From: Octopus vulgaris | Lineage: Eukaryota | Direction of reading: 5' to 3' | Length of the DNA: 64,000 nucleotides | Assembly (NCBI GenBank): GCA_951406725.2 | Contig: OX597828.1 | Location: 15,872,001 to 15,936,000 of the forward strand | In this document: positions 12,930-26,667 of the stretch, piece after piece | Layout of the letters: each line of letters begins with the position of its first letter | How positions within the stretch are numbered: position 1 is the first letter of the stretch | Notes under the pieces: generated by a model | Database searches by the model: none | Seen by the model: only the letters and a program-made list of their open reading frames with translations | Told to the model about the DNA's origin: nothing | Made by a program: the position numbers and the translations under genes

Positions 12930-13530
12930 GTACATACACATTATATGTATGTGTGAATGCATATATGTATGTATTTATGTGTACATATATATATATGTAT
13001 GAATATATGTATATATACATGTATCTATATATATGTATTTATGTATGTGCATATATATGTTTGTATATATATGTATCTATATACATATGTATGTATAGAT
13101 GTATATACATACTTATGAATATAGATATATATGTACATATGCATATACATACATTTATATATATGTGTATGTGCATATATATGTATATATATACAGATAT
13201 TTATATATGTATGTATATATCAGTATGTATGTATATGTGTAAATATATATGTCTATGGATATATATATATATGGATGTATATGTGTATAGATGTGTGTAT
13301 ATATATGTATTTATATATATACATATATATGTATATATATATATTTATGCATATAGATGTGTATGCAAAGTTATATATAAATGTTATATAGTGTATGTGT
13401 AGATATATATGAATTTATATACATATGTATGCATATATATATATAAATGTATATTATATATATGCATATACATATGTATGTATGTTTGTATATATACATA
13501 TACATACATATATATATATATATATACATA
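12840..13530. repeat. Long degenerate (TA/TG)n microsatellite
   Basis: Alternating purine-pyrimidine tract. Similar tracts lie at 12160-12610, 14890-15212, 20670-21120 and 39795-40305. Confidence 0.9.
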
Positions 13531-15172
13531 TAATGCCAATCTCATCACCATCTGCTTTTGCTGTGATCAAACCGTTTTTCTACCATTCCTTTAAATTCAT
13601 TACCATTTTCAAGCAATAACTGATATCAGTAATAATAACAACAATCATTACTGGTTGATTGAATGTATCATCTTCAGTGAATGTATTGTGTGTAAGTCAC
13701 TTTATTGTTTATTGTTTCCTATGATTGATTGCTTTGGGGGAGTAGTTAAAAAAAGGAAAATGCTATTGTGTAGTATATTAAGGGTGTTAGAAAGTTGAAT
13801 TTGTATGTGTGTATGAAAGCAGCACAAAGTTAAAAAAATAAAGAAATTCCAGGAAATATACTTTTATCTTCCGTTGTGCAAAACATTGATTTCATTATGC
13901 CTATTGTTGATGGACAAAATGAAAACAACATTGCCTGACTATTGTGTTTAATATCATTAGAAAGAAGTACTGGCCTGGATACACTGAATGCTCTCTCTCT
14001 CTCTCTTTGTATATATATATATATATGTAGATATGGTTGTTGTTTTTTTTTTCCTGATAATACCGAAGAAGTGTGCCAATAATATTGCGTAAGTTAGTCA
14101 ATCAGTTTGCGCAATAGCGACAGTAGGTGAATGAAAACACGTGTATTATATATCAAGCTTAAAAATACTAGTTATGTTTTCAATGTTTCTGTATATATCA
14201 CCTTGAATTTGAGTGGAAGGAGGAGAAAAAAACTATTACATGACTGTTGTATCGAGGGAGGGGAGTGAAGAGTCTTTAATGGAGGAATGTGATTGTGAAT
14301 GTGGCAAATATTGCCAGGATGTGTTTGTCTCTAATATTCATGGAAAACATTGAATGCAGTGACTGCAGAAGGCAAGTGGAAATTACATTGCTTGAGTGTG
14401 GAATATTTTAGTGCGAGATAACAAATGTGTAGAGGGGTAAGTGGTGGGGGAATGCACCTGAAAACACATCACATTATTTTATTGGGTCTGAGGCAGCGAG
14501 GAGGAAGAAGTGTTAACATTGAATTTGCCTTTCCCATCATCCCACTAAATTTGCTGGCCTTGTGCCAGAATTTGAAACCGTTATTTTATTGAATTCGGTG
14601 GGTAGAATAACTGGGGTAGGGTGGGGCGTGGAATATGTTAATTAATTAAATCATTGATTGGGACATCATCGTTATTTTTTTCCCTTTTGTGCTGTTCACT
14701 TCAATGTTGATGGCAGATGTTTGATTCAGAATTAGAATTTTTCTTTTTTTTATTAATAATTATTTCCAATTAAATTGTGAAACAACTTAAAAAAGACACA
14801 TCTATTGTTTCTTTTCTTCCTGGTTGTCCTCTGGCAATTGATTGTCGTTGAGGTTTTTGTTTTTTGTTGTCTATTATTTTTTCATTTAAAAATGTATATA
14901 TATATATGTGTGTGTGTGTATGTGTGTATATATATATCTGTATATATACATATATGTGTGTGTATATATATATATCTGTATATATACATATATGTGTATG
15001 TATATATATCTGTATATATACATATATATGTATGTATATATATCTGTATATATACATATATGTGTATGTATATATATCTGTATATATATATATGTATGTA
15101 TATATATCTGTATATATATATATATATATATATATAAATGTATGTATATATATCTGTATGTATGTATGTATG

Positions 15173-15216
<44 letters not shown>

Positions 15217-15760
15217 CTTGATTGGTTAAATTCAATCTTTATTAATAATAATAATAATAAAAAGGAAGAATGCATTTACATGGCTTGGTTGATCAATTCC
15301 AATTTAATCATTATAACATTTTGATTATTAAAATTAATCAAACCACAAAAAGTATTTTGGTTTTTTAAATTGATTATTTTTTTGCTTTTGTTTTGTTTGT
15401 ATATCTATTTGTTTTTTTTTCCTTTTTTTTTTTTATTCAATTTCACACACGGTTGAATAGTTACGATGTTCTCTTGGCAACTACTGGCTCCTTGTTGCAC
15501 AAATATAACTTTTCTATAGCTTCAGGCTGATTCATACATTGTGAGTGAAAAATGGGTGTGGGCAGAAATTGTAGTGAAGGTCGTTGAACGGATTGTACGT
15601 ATAATCCAAAGGTATGGATGTGTCATACAATTGCACATCGATTCTGCCTGAGAATAATGTTATGGAGGCACATGTCTATGGAATACTCAGCCACTCACAC
15701 ATTAATTCAATGAGCATGTAATTCATTTGCTTTGATCAAATAGCAGATTCCTCATAGTCG

Positions 15761-15933
15761 TAGGCATAGGAGTGGCTGTGTGGTAAGTAGCTTGCTTACA
15801 AACCACATGGTTCCAGGTTCAGTCCCACTGCGTAGCACCTTGGGCAAGTGTCTTCTACTATAGCCTCAGGCCAACCAAAGCCTTGCGAGTGGATTTGGTA
15901 GATGGAAACTGAAAGAAGCCCATCACATATATG

Positions 15934-15964
<31 letters not shown>

Positions 15965-16172
15965 ATATGTTTGTGTGTCTGTGTTTGTCCCTCCCAACAT
16001 CACTTGACAACCGATGCTGGTGTGTTTATGTCGCAGTTACTTAGTGGTTCGGCAAAAGAGACCGATGGTATAAGTACTAGGCTTACAAAGAATAAGTCCT
16101 GGGGTCGATTTGGTCAACTAAAGGTGGTGCTCCAGCATGGCCATAGTCAAATGAGTGAAACAAGTAAAAGAG
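15761..16172 (+). mobile_element. SINE family A, full length
   Basis: GGAGTGGCTGTGTGGTAAGTAGC...GAAACAAGTAAAAGAG. Confidence 0.8.
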
Positions 16173-16714
16173 TTGAAACCAACTTACTGATCTCCCCATC
16201 TTTCTCTCTCCATCTCTCTCTCTCTCCATTTCTCTTTCTCTCTCCATCGCTCTCACTCCATCTCTCTCTCTCTCTCTCTCATATATAAATATATATATAT
16301 ATTTATATGAGGAGTGGCTGGGTGATAAGAAGCTTGCTCAACAACAACATGGTTCTGGGTTCAATCCCACTGTGTGGAACCTTGGGCGAATGATTTCTGC
16401 TATAGCCTTGGCGCAACCAAAGCCTAGTGACTGGATTTGGCAAACGGAAACTGAAAGAAGCCTGTCATATATATATGTGTGTATGTATTTGAAATTATAG
16501 AACACTCTTAATATAAAAGGTGATTTGTTTTATTTTGAAAAATAGCCGTATAATATGAACACATCAATTTGATTCAAATATCTGTGTGACAGAAAATTTT
16601 GGTCATTGCTTCCCCACCCAGAAATATCACCGCAAAAAAGTAAAACAAAAAAAAATGAAGAACAAACACAACAATGCTAGTATTAGCAGATGCTCAGGGA
16701 AGGAAGGAAAAGTA

Positions 16715-16749
16715 GTTTTATGTTTCGAGCAAAGCTCTTCGTCAGAAAC
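16715..16749 (-). ncRNA. Minimal hammerhead-like motif (same family as 12703)
   Basis: GTTT-CTGACGA-A-GAGC(TTT)GCTC-GAAAC-ATA-AAAC on the minus strand. Confidence 0.55.
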
Positions 16750-16847
16750 AGGAGATGGAGGAAAGTCCAAGAGGAAAGGAAAAAAGGAAAAAAAAAATGC
16801 CAACGATCTACATATGGTTACAGTTTGAATATATATATATATATATA

Positions 16848-18243
16848 TTAAGGTATGTAGAAAAATACAACATGGACAAGAATGTATAACTCAAGAAGAC
16901 GATACAATAAACACGGACAGGACATTCGAAACCCTCAGTCTTCAGTCAAGAACTGGATCATCGTAGTAATTTCGGCTGATTAATCTTGAGATTACTAGAT
17001 CACGGCCAGCCCTCCAAGAAAAACTAAGCAACGAGCATTAGAAAAACTAAGCTGGGAGCGTAGATTTCCTGGAAGAAGGATCGAATGCATACGGACACCA
17101 GGACAGCAAAAGGGACGAATATAAAAAAACAAAAAAATAATGGAATACAGAAACATGAAATACAGAAGCATTAACGGTGAAAACAACAACAAGTGTCTTA
17201 CGACTGATAACAAGCAAACAAATTTTTTCTCTGGCGCAAGGAAAGGAGCCTTATCGGCGATGCCTATAGCGGCGGACGAAAAACAACGATGTTAACACGA
17301 CGCTGGTCAGAAGCTGAAAGGCAGATTTCGGCCAGCAGTCACGTGACAGAGAAGAGAGAAAAGAAAAGAAAGAGAAGCAACGGAAGAGAGAGAGAGAGGA
17401 GAGAGAGAGAGGAGGGACAAACGCAACAAAGAGAGAGAAGAGAGAGAAAGAAGGAATCAGAGAGGAGAAGGGATGGGTGTCGAAGAGCGACCTGTGAGTG
17501 CAGAGCGAGACAAAGAAATAGGAGGGTAGTGGAAGATTAGACCAAAGAATCAGAGGAAAGAGAAGAGAAAAAGAGGATGAGTAGAGAGAGAAGGGGACAG
17601 ATCAAGTAAAAGTGAGAGAGAGAGAGAGACAAACAAAGAGTCGTACCAGTTATTAAGAATATGTGCTCACATTATTGTTAAGAGGGTACGTGGCGCCTGG
17701 AATATATGTTAAGGTATGTAGAAAAATACAACATGGACAAGAACGTATAACTCAAGAAGACGATACAATAAACACGGACAGGACATTCGAAACCCTCAGT
17801 CTTCAGTCAAGAACCGGATCATCGTTGTAATTTCGGCTGATTAATCTTGAGATTACTAGATCACGGCCAGCCCTCCAAGAAAAACTAAGCAACGAGCATT
17901 AGAAAAACTAAGCTGGGAGCGTAGATTTCCTGGAAGAAGGATCGAATGCATACGGACACCAGGACAGCAAAAGGGACGAATATAAAAAAACAAAAAAATA
18001 ATGGAATACAGAAACATGAAATACAGAAGCATTAACGGTGAAAACAACAACAAGTGTCTTACGACTGATAACAAGCAAACAAATTTTTTCTCTGGCGCAA
18101 GGAAAGGAGCCTTATCGGCGATGCCTATAGCGGCGGACGAAAAACAACGATGTTAACACGACGCTGGTCAGAAGCTGAGAGGCAGATTTCGGCCAGCAGT
18201 CACGTGACAGAGAAGAGAGAAAAAGAAAAGAAAGAGAAGCAAC

Positions 18244-18285
<42 letters not shown>

Positions 18286-18460
18286 GGACAAACGCAACAA
18301 AGAGAGAGAAAGAAGGAATCAGAGAGGAGAAGGGATGGGTGTCGAAGAGCGACCTGTGAGTGCAGAGCGAGACAAAGAAATAGGAGGGTAGTGGAAGATT
18401 AGACCAAAGAATCAGAGGAAAGAGAAGAGAAAAAGAGGATGAGTAGAGAGAGAAGGGGAC

Positions 18461-18464
<4 letters not shown>
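16848..18464. repeat. Near-identical tandem duplication (period 861 bp) bounded by (TA)n
   Basis: 16848-17602 repeats at 17709-18464. The supplied 72-aa ORFs at 16995 and 17856 are identical. Confidence 0.9.
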
Positions 18465-18513
<49 letters not shown>

Positions 18514-18519
18514 TTATTA

Positions 18520-19010
18520 TTAATATGGCGGCAAACTTGCAGAATCCTTAACACACCGGGTGAAATGTTTAGCGGCATTTTGTCCATCTTTATGTTCTGA
18601 GTTCAAATTCTGCCGAGGTCAACTTTGCTTTTTATCCTTTCAGGGTCAATAAATTAAGTACCAGTCAAGTACTGGAGTCGATGTGATCAACTTGCCCCAC
18701 CCACCACAAATTTCAGGCTTTGTGCTTATAGTTGAAAGGATTATTATTATGATTATGATTATTATTATTATTATTATCATCATTATCAAGGCGGTGAACT
18801 GTCAGAATAGTTAGCATGCTGGACGAAATGTTTAGCGGCATTTCATCTGTCTTCATGTTCCGAGTTCAAATTCTGTTGAAACCGACTTTGCCTTTAATTT
18901 TTTCGGGGTTGATAAATTAAGTACCAGTGACACTCTGGTGTTGATGAAATCGACTAGTCTTCTCTCCCCACAAATTTCAGCCCCTGTGCCATTAGTAGAA
19001 AGGATTATTA
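18520..19010 (+). mobile_element. Two diverged SINE family B copies with (ATT)n tails
   Basis: Family B head and core motifs. Confidence 0.7.
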
Positions 19011-19477
19011 CTACTATTCTTCAGAACAAAACTGGACTCAAATATGTGCTGCAACATCAATCTCCCTTATTCACGAGATGCCACATATTAGAGGAGGTTT
19101 TCAAATAATGAAAGTGTAGCAAAATTAATGCCAGTGCACCAGCATGGCCAAAGCTCTCGTGCTGAAACAAAATAAAAGAGTAAATGGTCATCATGTTTCA
19201 AACCTTCATCATTTATCGACCAAATATCATCACAATTTCAACATCTTCCGATGATATTGTTCACAACATGAGCGGAAATGGTAGATAGACACAAACAGTA
19301 AAAATGAGATAAGTGCAATAGCAGGAATATACTTCTAGACCAGGATAGTGACTAAAGACAAATCATGAGGAGAACGGGAATATAAATCAATATGTGTGTG
19401 TGTGTGTGTGAGGGTGTGAGTGTGTGTATGTGTGTGTGTATATATATATATATATATTTATATATTTTCTCTGTTTT

Positions 19478-19876
19478 CTCTTTTACTTGTTTCAGTCATT
19501 TGACTGCGGCCATGCTGGAGCACCGCCTTTTTTTTTAGTCGAGCAAATCGCCCCCGGGACTTATTCTTTGTAAGCCCAGTACTTATTCTATCGGTCTCTA
19601 TTGCCGAACCGCTAAGTGACGGGGACGTAAACACACCAGCATCGGTTGTCAAGCAATGCTAGGGGGACAAACACAGACACACAAACACACACACACACAT
19701 ATATATATACATATATACGACGGGCTTCTTTCAGTTTCCGTCTACCAAATCCACTCACCAGGCATTGGTCGGCCCGGGGCTATAGCAGAAGACACTTGCC
19801 CAAGATGCCACGCAGTAGGACTGAACCCGGAACCATGTGGTTGGTTAGCAAGCTACTTACCACACAGCCACTCCTA
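19478..19876 (-). mobile_element. SINE family A
   Basis: Reverse complement of the family A consensus. Confidence 0.8.
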
Positions 19877-20013
19877 TAAAAAACATAATATTTGTAAGCA
19901 AACCAGAAAGGAACCATGTTAGCATTAATTTGCGGGTTCAATTCTGGCTAGGGTTAGTTCAGCATTTTTCGGCCATTTGTTTGTATTTAGTAATTGCTTC
20001 TCCAAATCGGAGA

Positions 20014-20060
<47 letters not shown>

Positions 20061-20809
20061 CACTGAAAGAAACTAAAATGCAAGAATGACAGAAAAAAAA
20101 TAATAAACAATAAAAAATAATAATACAGAGATATTCATGTACATGGAACATCTTTATGTGGTATGACCCCTATATATATACACAGCGGGCTTCTTTCAGT
20201 TTCTGTCTACCAAATTTTGGGGCTGCAGTCAAATGACTGAAACTTGTAAAAGAATATATATATATATATATATATTAAAGAAAGATATTGATGTGGTCCA
20301 AGATATTGATGTGGTCCAAAAAGCAAATTAAATTCAGGATATGAGTGCTCCCTCGTAACTTTTCTCATCAGGAAGGGAATGAATCATCAATTGGGTCGTT
20401 GGGACCTGTAAATATGGACACCAATGTTCGCAAAAGGGGATATGAAATGTGCTCCTGCATATATGTCTATCTATCTACCTATCTATCTACACACACACAC
20501 ATACACAGACACACACACATGCACGCATCTGTGCTGATTTACAAATAAGCAACAAAGGCAGATTGAATTTAATGCACGTTGTAATTAATTTATTTTACTG
20601 TGTTCTTTCTATCTCTGGGCCTGCCTACATACCAATCTACTAACCTATCTATCTATCTATCTATCTATGATATACACACACACACACATATATATAATAC
20701 TCTCTCATACTCATATATTTCACTCACACACACATTTATATATATATATATACATAAATATATACACACATATATATATACACATACACATATATACATA
20801 TACATACAT

Positions 20810-20864
<55 letters not shown>

Positions 20865-20878
20865 CATACATATATATA

Positions 20879-20932
<54 letters not shown>

Positions 20933-21619
20933 CATACATATATATATACTTATACATATATAATATACATATACGTATATATACATATATATATACACAT
21001 ATATATATGTATATATATGTACACACACACATATATACATATACATACACATATATATACATATACATATACACACACACACATATACATATACACACAT
21101 ATATATATGGCACATATATAAATGTGTTGTATATCTATAATATACAATCTAAGCATGTTAATCATTATTCAACCGAAGCTTAGTCCTTTAATTCATTTCC
21201 CTCTGCAGGGTCAATATCCCCTTTCATTTTGAACTGCCTGAAATAACTCTCCTCCTCCTTCCTCCTCCTCCACCTCCCCCTTCTCCACCACACACACACA
21301 CACATAGATGCGCACACAAACATCTTTAGAATCCCCTAAACAATGAAAATTGCATGCATATTCTGTTTGCCTGTTCATCTTTTCTAAGTCGTGACTTTGT
21401 GTCTAGAAAACCTGGCCAGGTCGAAGCGACGATTTTGTCCTTGAGGCATTTTAATGGAAAACAGGATTGTAGAAATGGAATTATAGAAAATGTAATTGAC
21501 AAAACACAGGAAGGAGTCGCTTGCAATGTCAGTACAGAAATAATATCTCGAATTGCATTATTACAAAAGCAGACAGCATGTTGTGTGTTGTGTTATGCAT
21601 GTATATATCATAGTGTATA

Positions 21620-21660
<41 letters not shown>

Positions 21661-22164
21661 AAGAAAGGGAGGGAACTGCATAGGAAAAAAAAAATGTAAT
21701 TTTATAATTAAAGACAGAAGATAGACACGCAAGCATGCATAAATTGGTTTGTCTTTATTAACAAGAAAATTTAGTTGAAATCCTGCGTTGGAAATATGGC
21801 ATCGGTATTGAAATGTTGTCGCCGTTGGCGTTTCCTCTGTTGTCGAAGAAGATGCTTTCAAGATTTCTGAAAACCTTCGAGTCATTTGCTAGTGAGGAGA
21901 AGCTTGATTACAGCGGCGTAAAAGTTGCAAGCTCAATCCCCACAAGGGTCAAAACATGATGGGTTTGGGTTTTCAACATTGTATATCGGGTCCGGTGTTT
22001 CAGGCATCAAAGGAATGGTTAATGAATTTCTGATGAGTCCATTCTAACGCTACCTCACACCACAGAGAAAAAAAAAATATTCCAAAAAAAAACCCAAAAA
22101 AAACAAAAACAATCCAAACAGAACAAAAATAAAGCAACAACAAAACAAATAATAAATAATAAAA

Positions 22165-22955
22165 ATGGTTTCAAATTTTGTCCCACGGCCAGCGGTTTTT
22201 AAGAGTGAAGTCAAATACATCGACTCCAGTAATTAACTGGTACTCACTTAATGCCCACCCCCCCGGAAAAGATAAAAGGCAAATTTTCAGGCACGGAGCC
22301 TGAAAAAATTTGGGTGTGTGTGTTAGTGGATTACATCCACTACAGTTCTCGACTGATCCTTATTTTGTCAAGCTCGAAAGGAAGAAAGGCAAAGTCGACC
22401 TTGGCGGAATTTGAAGTCAAATGAAATATCGCAAAGCATATTGACCAGTGTGCTAACGATTATGCCAGTTCTATGTCTTCGTAATAATAATAATAATAAT
22501 AATAATAACAATAATAATAATAATAATAATAATAATAATCCTTTCTACTAAAGGTACAAGGCCTGAAATTTTGGAGGAGGGAAGTAGTCACTTACATCAA
22601 CTCCAATGCTTCACTGGTACTTAATTTATTGATCCCTGAAAGATGAAAGGCAAAGTCAACCTCGGAGGAATTAGAACTCAGAACATAGCGGCAGATGAAA
22701 TACACATTTATATTTCTTTACTACCCTCAAGGGGCTAAACACAGAGAGGACAAACAAGGACAGACAACCGGATTAAGTCGATTATATCGACCCCAGTGTG
22801 TGACTGGTACTTATTTAATCGACCCCGAAAGGATGAAAGGCAAAGTTGACCTCGGTGGAATTTGAACTCAGAACGTAGCGGCAGACAAAATACCGCTAAG
22901 CATTTTGCTTGGCATGCTAACGATTCTGCCAGCTCACCGTCCTCATAATAATAAC

Positions 22956-22997
<42 letters not shown>

Positions 22998-23195
22998 TGC
23001 AACAACAATCCTTTCTGCTATAGGCACAAAGCCAGAAATTTGGTGGGAAGGGACTAGTCAATTAGGTTGACCCCATTGCGTAACTGGTACTTAATTTATC
23101 GACCCTGAAAGGATGAAAGGCAAAGTCAACAACCTCAGCAGAATTTGAATTCATAACATGAAGACAGATGAAATGCTGCTAAGCATTTTGCCACC

Positions 23196-23282
<87 letters not shown>

Positions 23283-23865
23283 CTGATGATGATAATAATC
23301 CTTTCAACTATAGGCACAAAGCGAGCTGGCAGAAACGTTAGCACGCCGGGCAAAATGCTTAGTGGTATTTTGTCTGCCGTTACGTTCTGAGTTCAAATTC
23401 CGCCGAGGTCGACTTTGCCTTTCATCTTTTCGGAGTTGATTAAATAAGTACCAGTTACGCAATGGGGTCGATGTAACCGACTTAATCCGTTTGTCCCCTC
23501 TGTGTTTAGCCCCTTGTGGGTAGTAAAGAAATAGGTATTTCCTCTGCCGCTATGTTCTGAGTTCAAATTCCGCCGAGGTCAACTTTGTCTTTCATCCTTT
23601 CGGGGTCGATTAAATAAGTACCAGTTACGCAATGGGGTCGATGTAATCGACTTAATCCGTTTGTCCCCTCTGTGTTTAGCCCCTTGTGGGTAGTAAAGAA
23701 ATAGGTATTTCCTCTGCCGCTACGTTCTGAGTTCAAATTCCGCCGAGGTCGACTTTGCCTTTCATCGTTTTGGGGTCGATAAATTGAGTACCATTTACGT
23801 ACCGGGATCAATTGACAGGCCCCTTCCACGAAATTTTGGGTATTGTGCCTAGAGTAGAAAAGAAT
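22165..23865. mobile_element. Cluster of SINE family B copies (minus 22165-23200, plus multimer 23320-23865) among (AAT)n/(GAT)n tracts
   Basis: Repeated family B core in both orientations. Confidence 0.75.
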
Positions 23866-24035
23866 ATTTTTTGCTTGTGTTCATGGGTTTTCCCTAACTT
23901 ACTCTCGACAAAGTACCACCGAAACTGAACGGAAAGTATTTTCTGTCACTATCTTATTTACTGGTGCTTCTTAAAAGTAATTGTTTTCATAGCAGAAAAC
24001 AGAAATATAATACAACTGCTTTAAAGAAAAAAAAA

Positions 24036-24614
24036 GAAGCTTGCTTTCCAATCACATGGTTTCGGGTTCAGTCCCATTGTGTGGCACTTTGGGCAAGTGT
24101 CTTCTACTATAGCCTCAGGCTGACCAAAGCCTTGTGAATGGATTTGGTAGGCGGAAACTGAAAGAAGCCCATCGTGTATATATATATATATATATATATA
24201 TACTCTCTTTTTTACTCTTTTACTTGTTTCAGTCATTTGACTGCGGCCATGCTGGAGCACCGCCTTTAGTCGAGCAAATCGACCCCGGGACTTATTCTTT
24301 TGTAAGCCCAGTACTTATTCTATCGGTCTCTTTTGCCGAACCGCTAAGTGACGGGGACGTAAACACACCAGCATCGGTTGTTAAGCGATGTTGGGGGGAC
24401 AAACACAGACACACAAACACACACACGCATATAAATATATATATACATATATACGACGGGCTTCTTTCAGTTTCCGTCTACCAAATCCACTCACAAGGCT
24501 TTGGTCGGCCCGAGGCTATAGTAGAAGATACTTGCCCAAGGTGCCACGCAGTGGGACTGAACCCGGAACCATGTGGTTGGTAAGCAAGCTACTTACCACA
24601 CAGCCACTCCTGCG

Positions 24615-24618
<4 letters not shown>
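24036..24618. mobile_element. Two SINE family A copies, tail to tail (partial +, full -)
   Basis: Family A motifs. Confidence 0.75.
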
Positions 24619-24658
<40 letters not shown>

Positions 24659-24661
<3 letters not shown>

Positions 24662-25022
24662 AAAGAAAGAAATGGAGTTAAACACGGGTGTTATTCAAAG
24701 CTATATACTTCCGACATGTTTCTAAGAAAACGTTGGTATTATTCCAGAGGGAATAAAATGATGTAAAACAATGCGATCTTCTCCTCAGGGAAAAAAGAGA
24801 AACAATAACTTGCCAGTGTTCCCTTCATGTTATACGCAGTCATCACATTCGGTTAAAATGGCTTATTGATGTGTTTTGTTTCTCTTTTTTTTCTCCTGAT
24901 GAGAAGATCACATTGTTTTACATAATTGTATTCCTTCTAGAATAATGCCAATGTTTTCTTTGAAACATATGTTGGAAGTATAAAGATTTGAATAACACTT
25001 GTGCTTAACTCCATTTCTTTAT
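24659..25022. mobile_element. Foldback element made of two inverted ~150-bp pLTR-like arms, each with a hammerhead motif
   Basis: Minus 24709-24792 reads TTCC-CTGAGGA-GAAGA...TCTTA-GAAAC-AT-GTC-GGAA. Plus 24891-24977 reads CTGATGA-GAAGA...TCTTT-GAAAC-ATAT-GTT-GGAA. The element begins at the end of a (TA)n tract. Confidence 0.7.
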
Positions 25023-25275
25023 CTGTTATACAAAAACATTTCTTTAAATCCTGGAGTTTCTACCTTTACAAGGATGGTGTAACATCCTTGGTGCTTATGT
25101 GAATCTTTTGCTAAATATTTATTTATTTTTTCCGTGTTATTTGTACACATTGAAAAAATACACATACATTTATATATATGTGTGTGTATGTGTGTGTGCG
25201 TGTGAGTGTGTGTGTGTGTGTATGTGTGTGTGTGTGAGAGAGTCTGCGTGCGCCCGCGCACACGTGTGTATGTGT

Positions 25276-25312
<37 letters not shown>

Positions 25313-25642
25313 TGTCTCTTTTTCTCCTCATCACCGCTTGACAACCGGTGTTGGTGTGTTTACGTTCCTGTAACTTAGCAGTTCGGCAAGAGACACACTA
25401 TAGAATAAGTACTAAGGCTTATGGAAATAAAGTCCTGTGGTCGATTTGTTCGACTCTAAAATCCTTCAAGGCGGATCTCCAGTATGGCCGCAGTCACATG
25501 ACAGAAACAAGTAAAAGAAAAGAAAGAAAAAAAATTTGGGTTTTCGTTTCGATATTTAACGTTGCCCCTTGATGTATTTATCTGCTCCTTATTTTCACCC
25601 CGCCCTTCTCTAAATTCACCCTTTCTATAAAAGGCACAAAGC

Positions 25643-25678
<36 letters not shown>

Positions 25679-26227
25679 GTGCCTCCAATGTCGAAACTAG
25701 TTCTTAATTTATCGACACTGAAAGGATGAAAGGTAAAGTTGACCTCGGCGGAATTTGAACTCAGAACGTAAAGACGGACGAAATGCCGCTAAGCATTTTG
25801 TCCGGCGTGCTAACGATTTTGCCAGCTTACCAGCTTTTGCTAAATCCACCCTACTTGCACCCGTACTGGTTTTCTATAAAAAAAAAAACAACAACAAAAA
25901 ACAAAACAAAAAACAAAAACATTGTCCATGGTTCCCACATGTGTATGATAAAGTTTTTGAAATTTTGTTTCCTGAGATGGAATTTTAAAAATTTAAACTT
26001 AAATGATGTTTAATACAAGCCGAAGGCAACACATTTTTGTACGAGAAGGACAGAGTTGTCTTGGCTGCATTTATTAAACTCGATGCTCAACTGATTTTGT
26101 CATTCGAATGTCCCGCGAAAGTACTTTTTCAAAGTGCAGGCTTGGGCAAAAGTGCTTTATTTTTTTCCTTAAGAATAACCACTAGTTGCTCATACACGAG
26201 TCTCCCCTACCTCTTTGCCCCAACCTC

Positions 26228-26260
<33 letters not shown>

Positions 26261-26502
26261 GTGCCTCCAATGTCGAAACTAGTATCTCGCCAATATGTTC
26301 TGTTGTTACTGTTGTCTCCGGTGTTGCGAACAGAACGTAAACTGCCGGAACAGATACCACTAAAAGAATCCAATTCATTGCTTCGAACTGGTTCTTTGCT
26401 CATCGACCTCGACAGGATTTCAACCCAGAGCGTAGAGCGATGAAACAGATAACACAAGGAATTCTATGTGATGCTCTACCGATTCTACTAATCAACCGCC
26501 CA

Positions 26503-26667
26503 CAGGGCCGGCCCAAGGTACTGGCAACTCGAGCAGTCGCCCCTGGGTGCCATGTGCTTTTTAGTCTACATTTTCAGCTTTTCTCGTGAAAGTTTAAAAA
26601 TGTTATACATGTAAGGGCGCCGAAGTTCAGCTTGTCCGGGGCGCCAATAACACTAGGGCCGTGCCTG
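26503..26667. mobile_element. hAT-type MITE
   Basis: TIRs CAGGGCCGGCCC / GGGCCGTGCCTG and an 8-bp TSD ACCGCCCA / AGCGCCCA. Confidence 0.7.

Noticed and set aside
20340-20380. CTGATGA (minus) near a TA tract
   Set aside because: Only half a hammerhead core, with no GAAA or stem III found.
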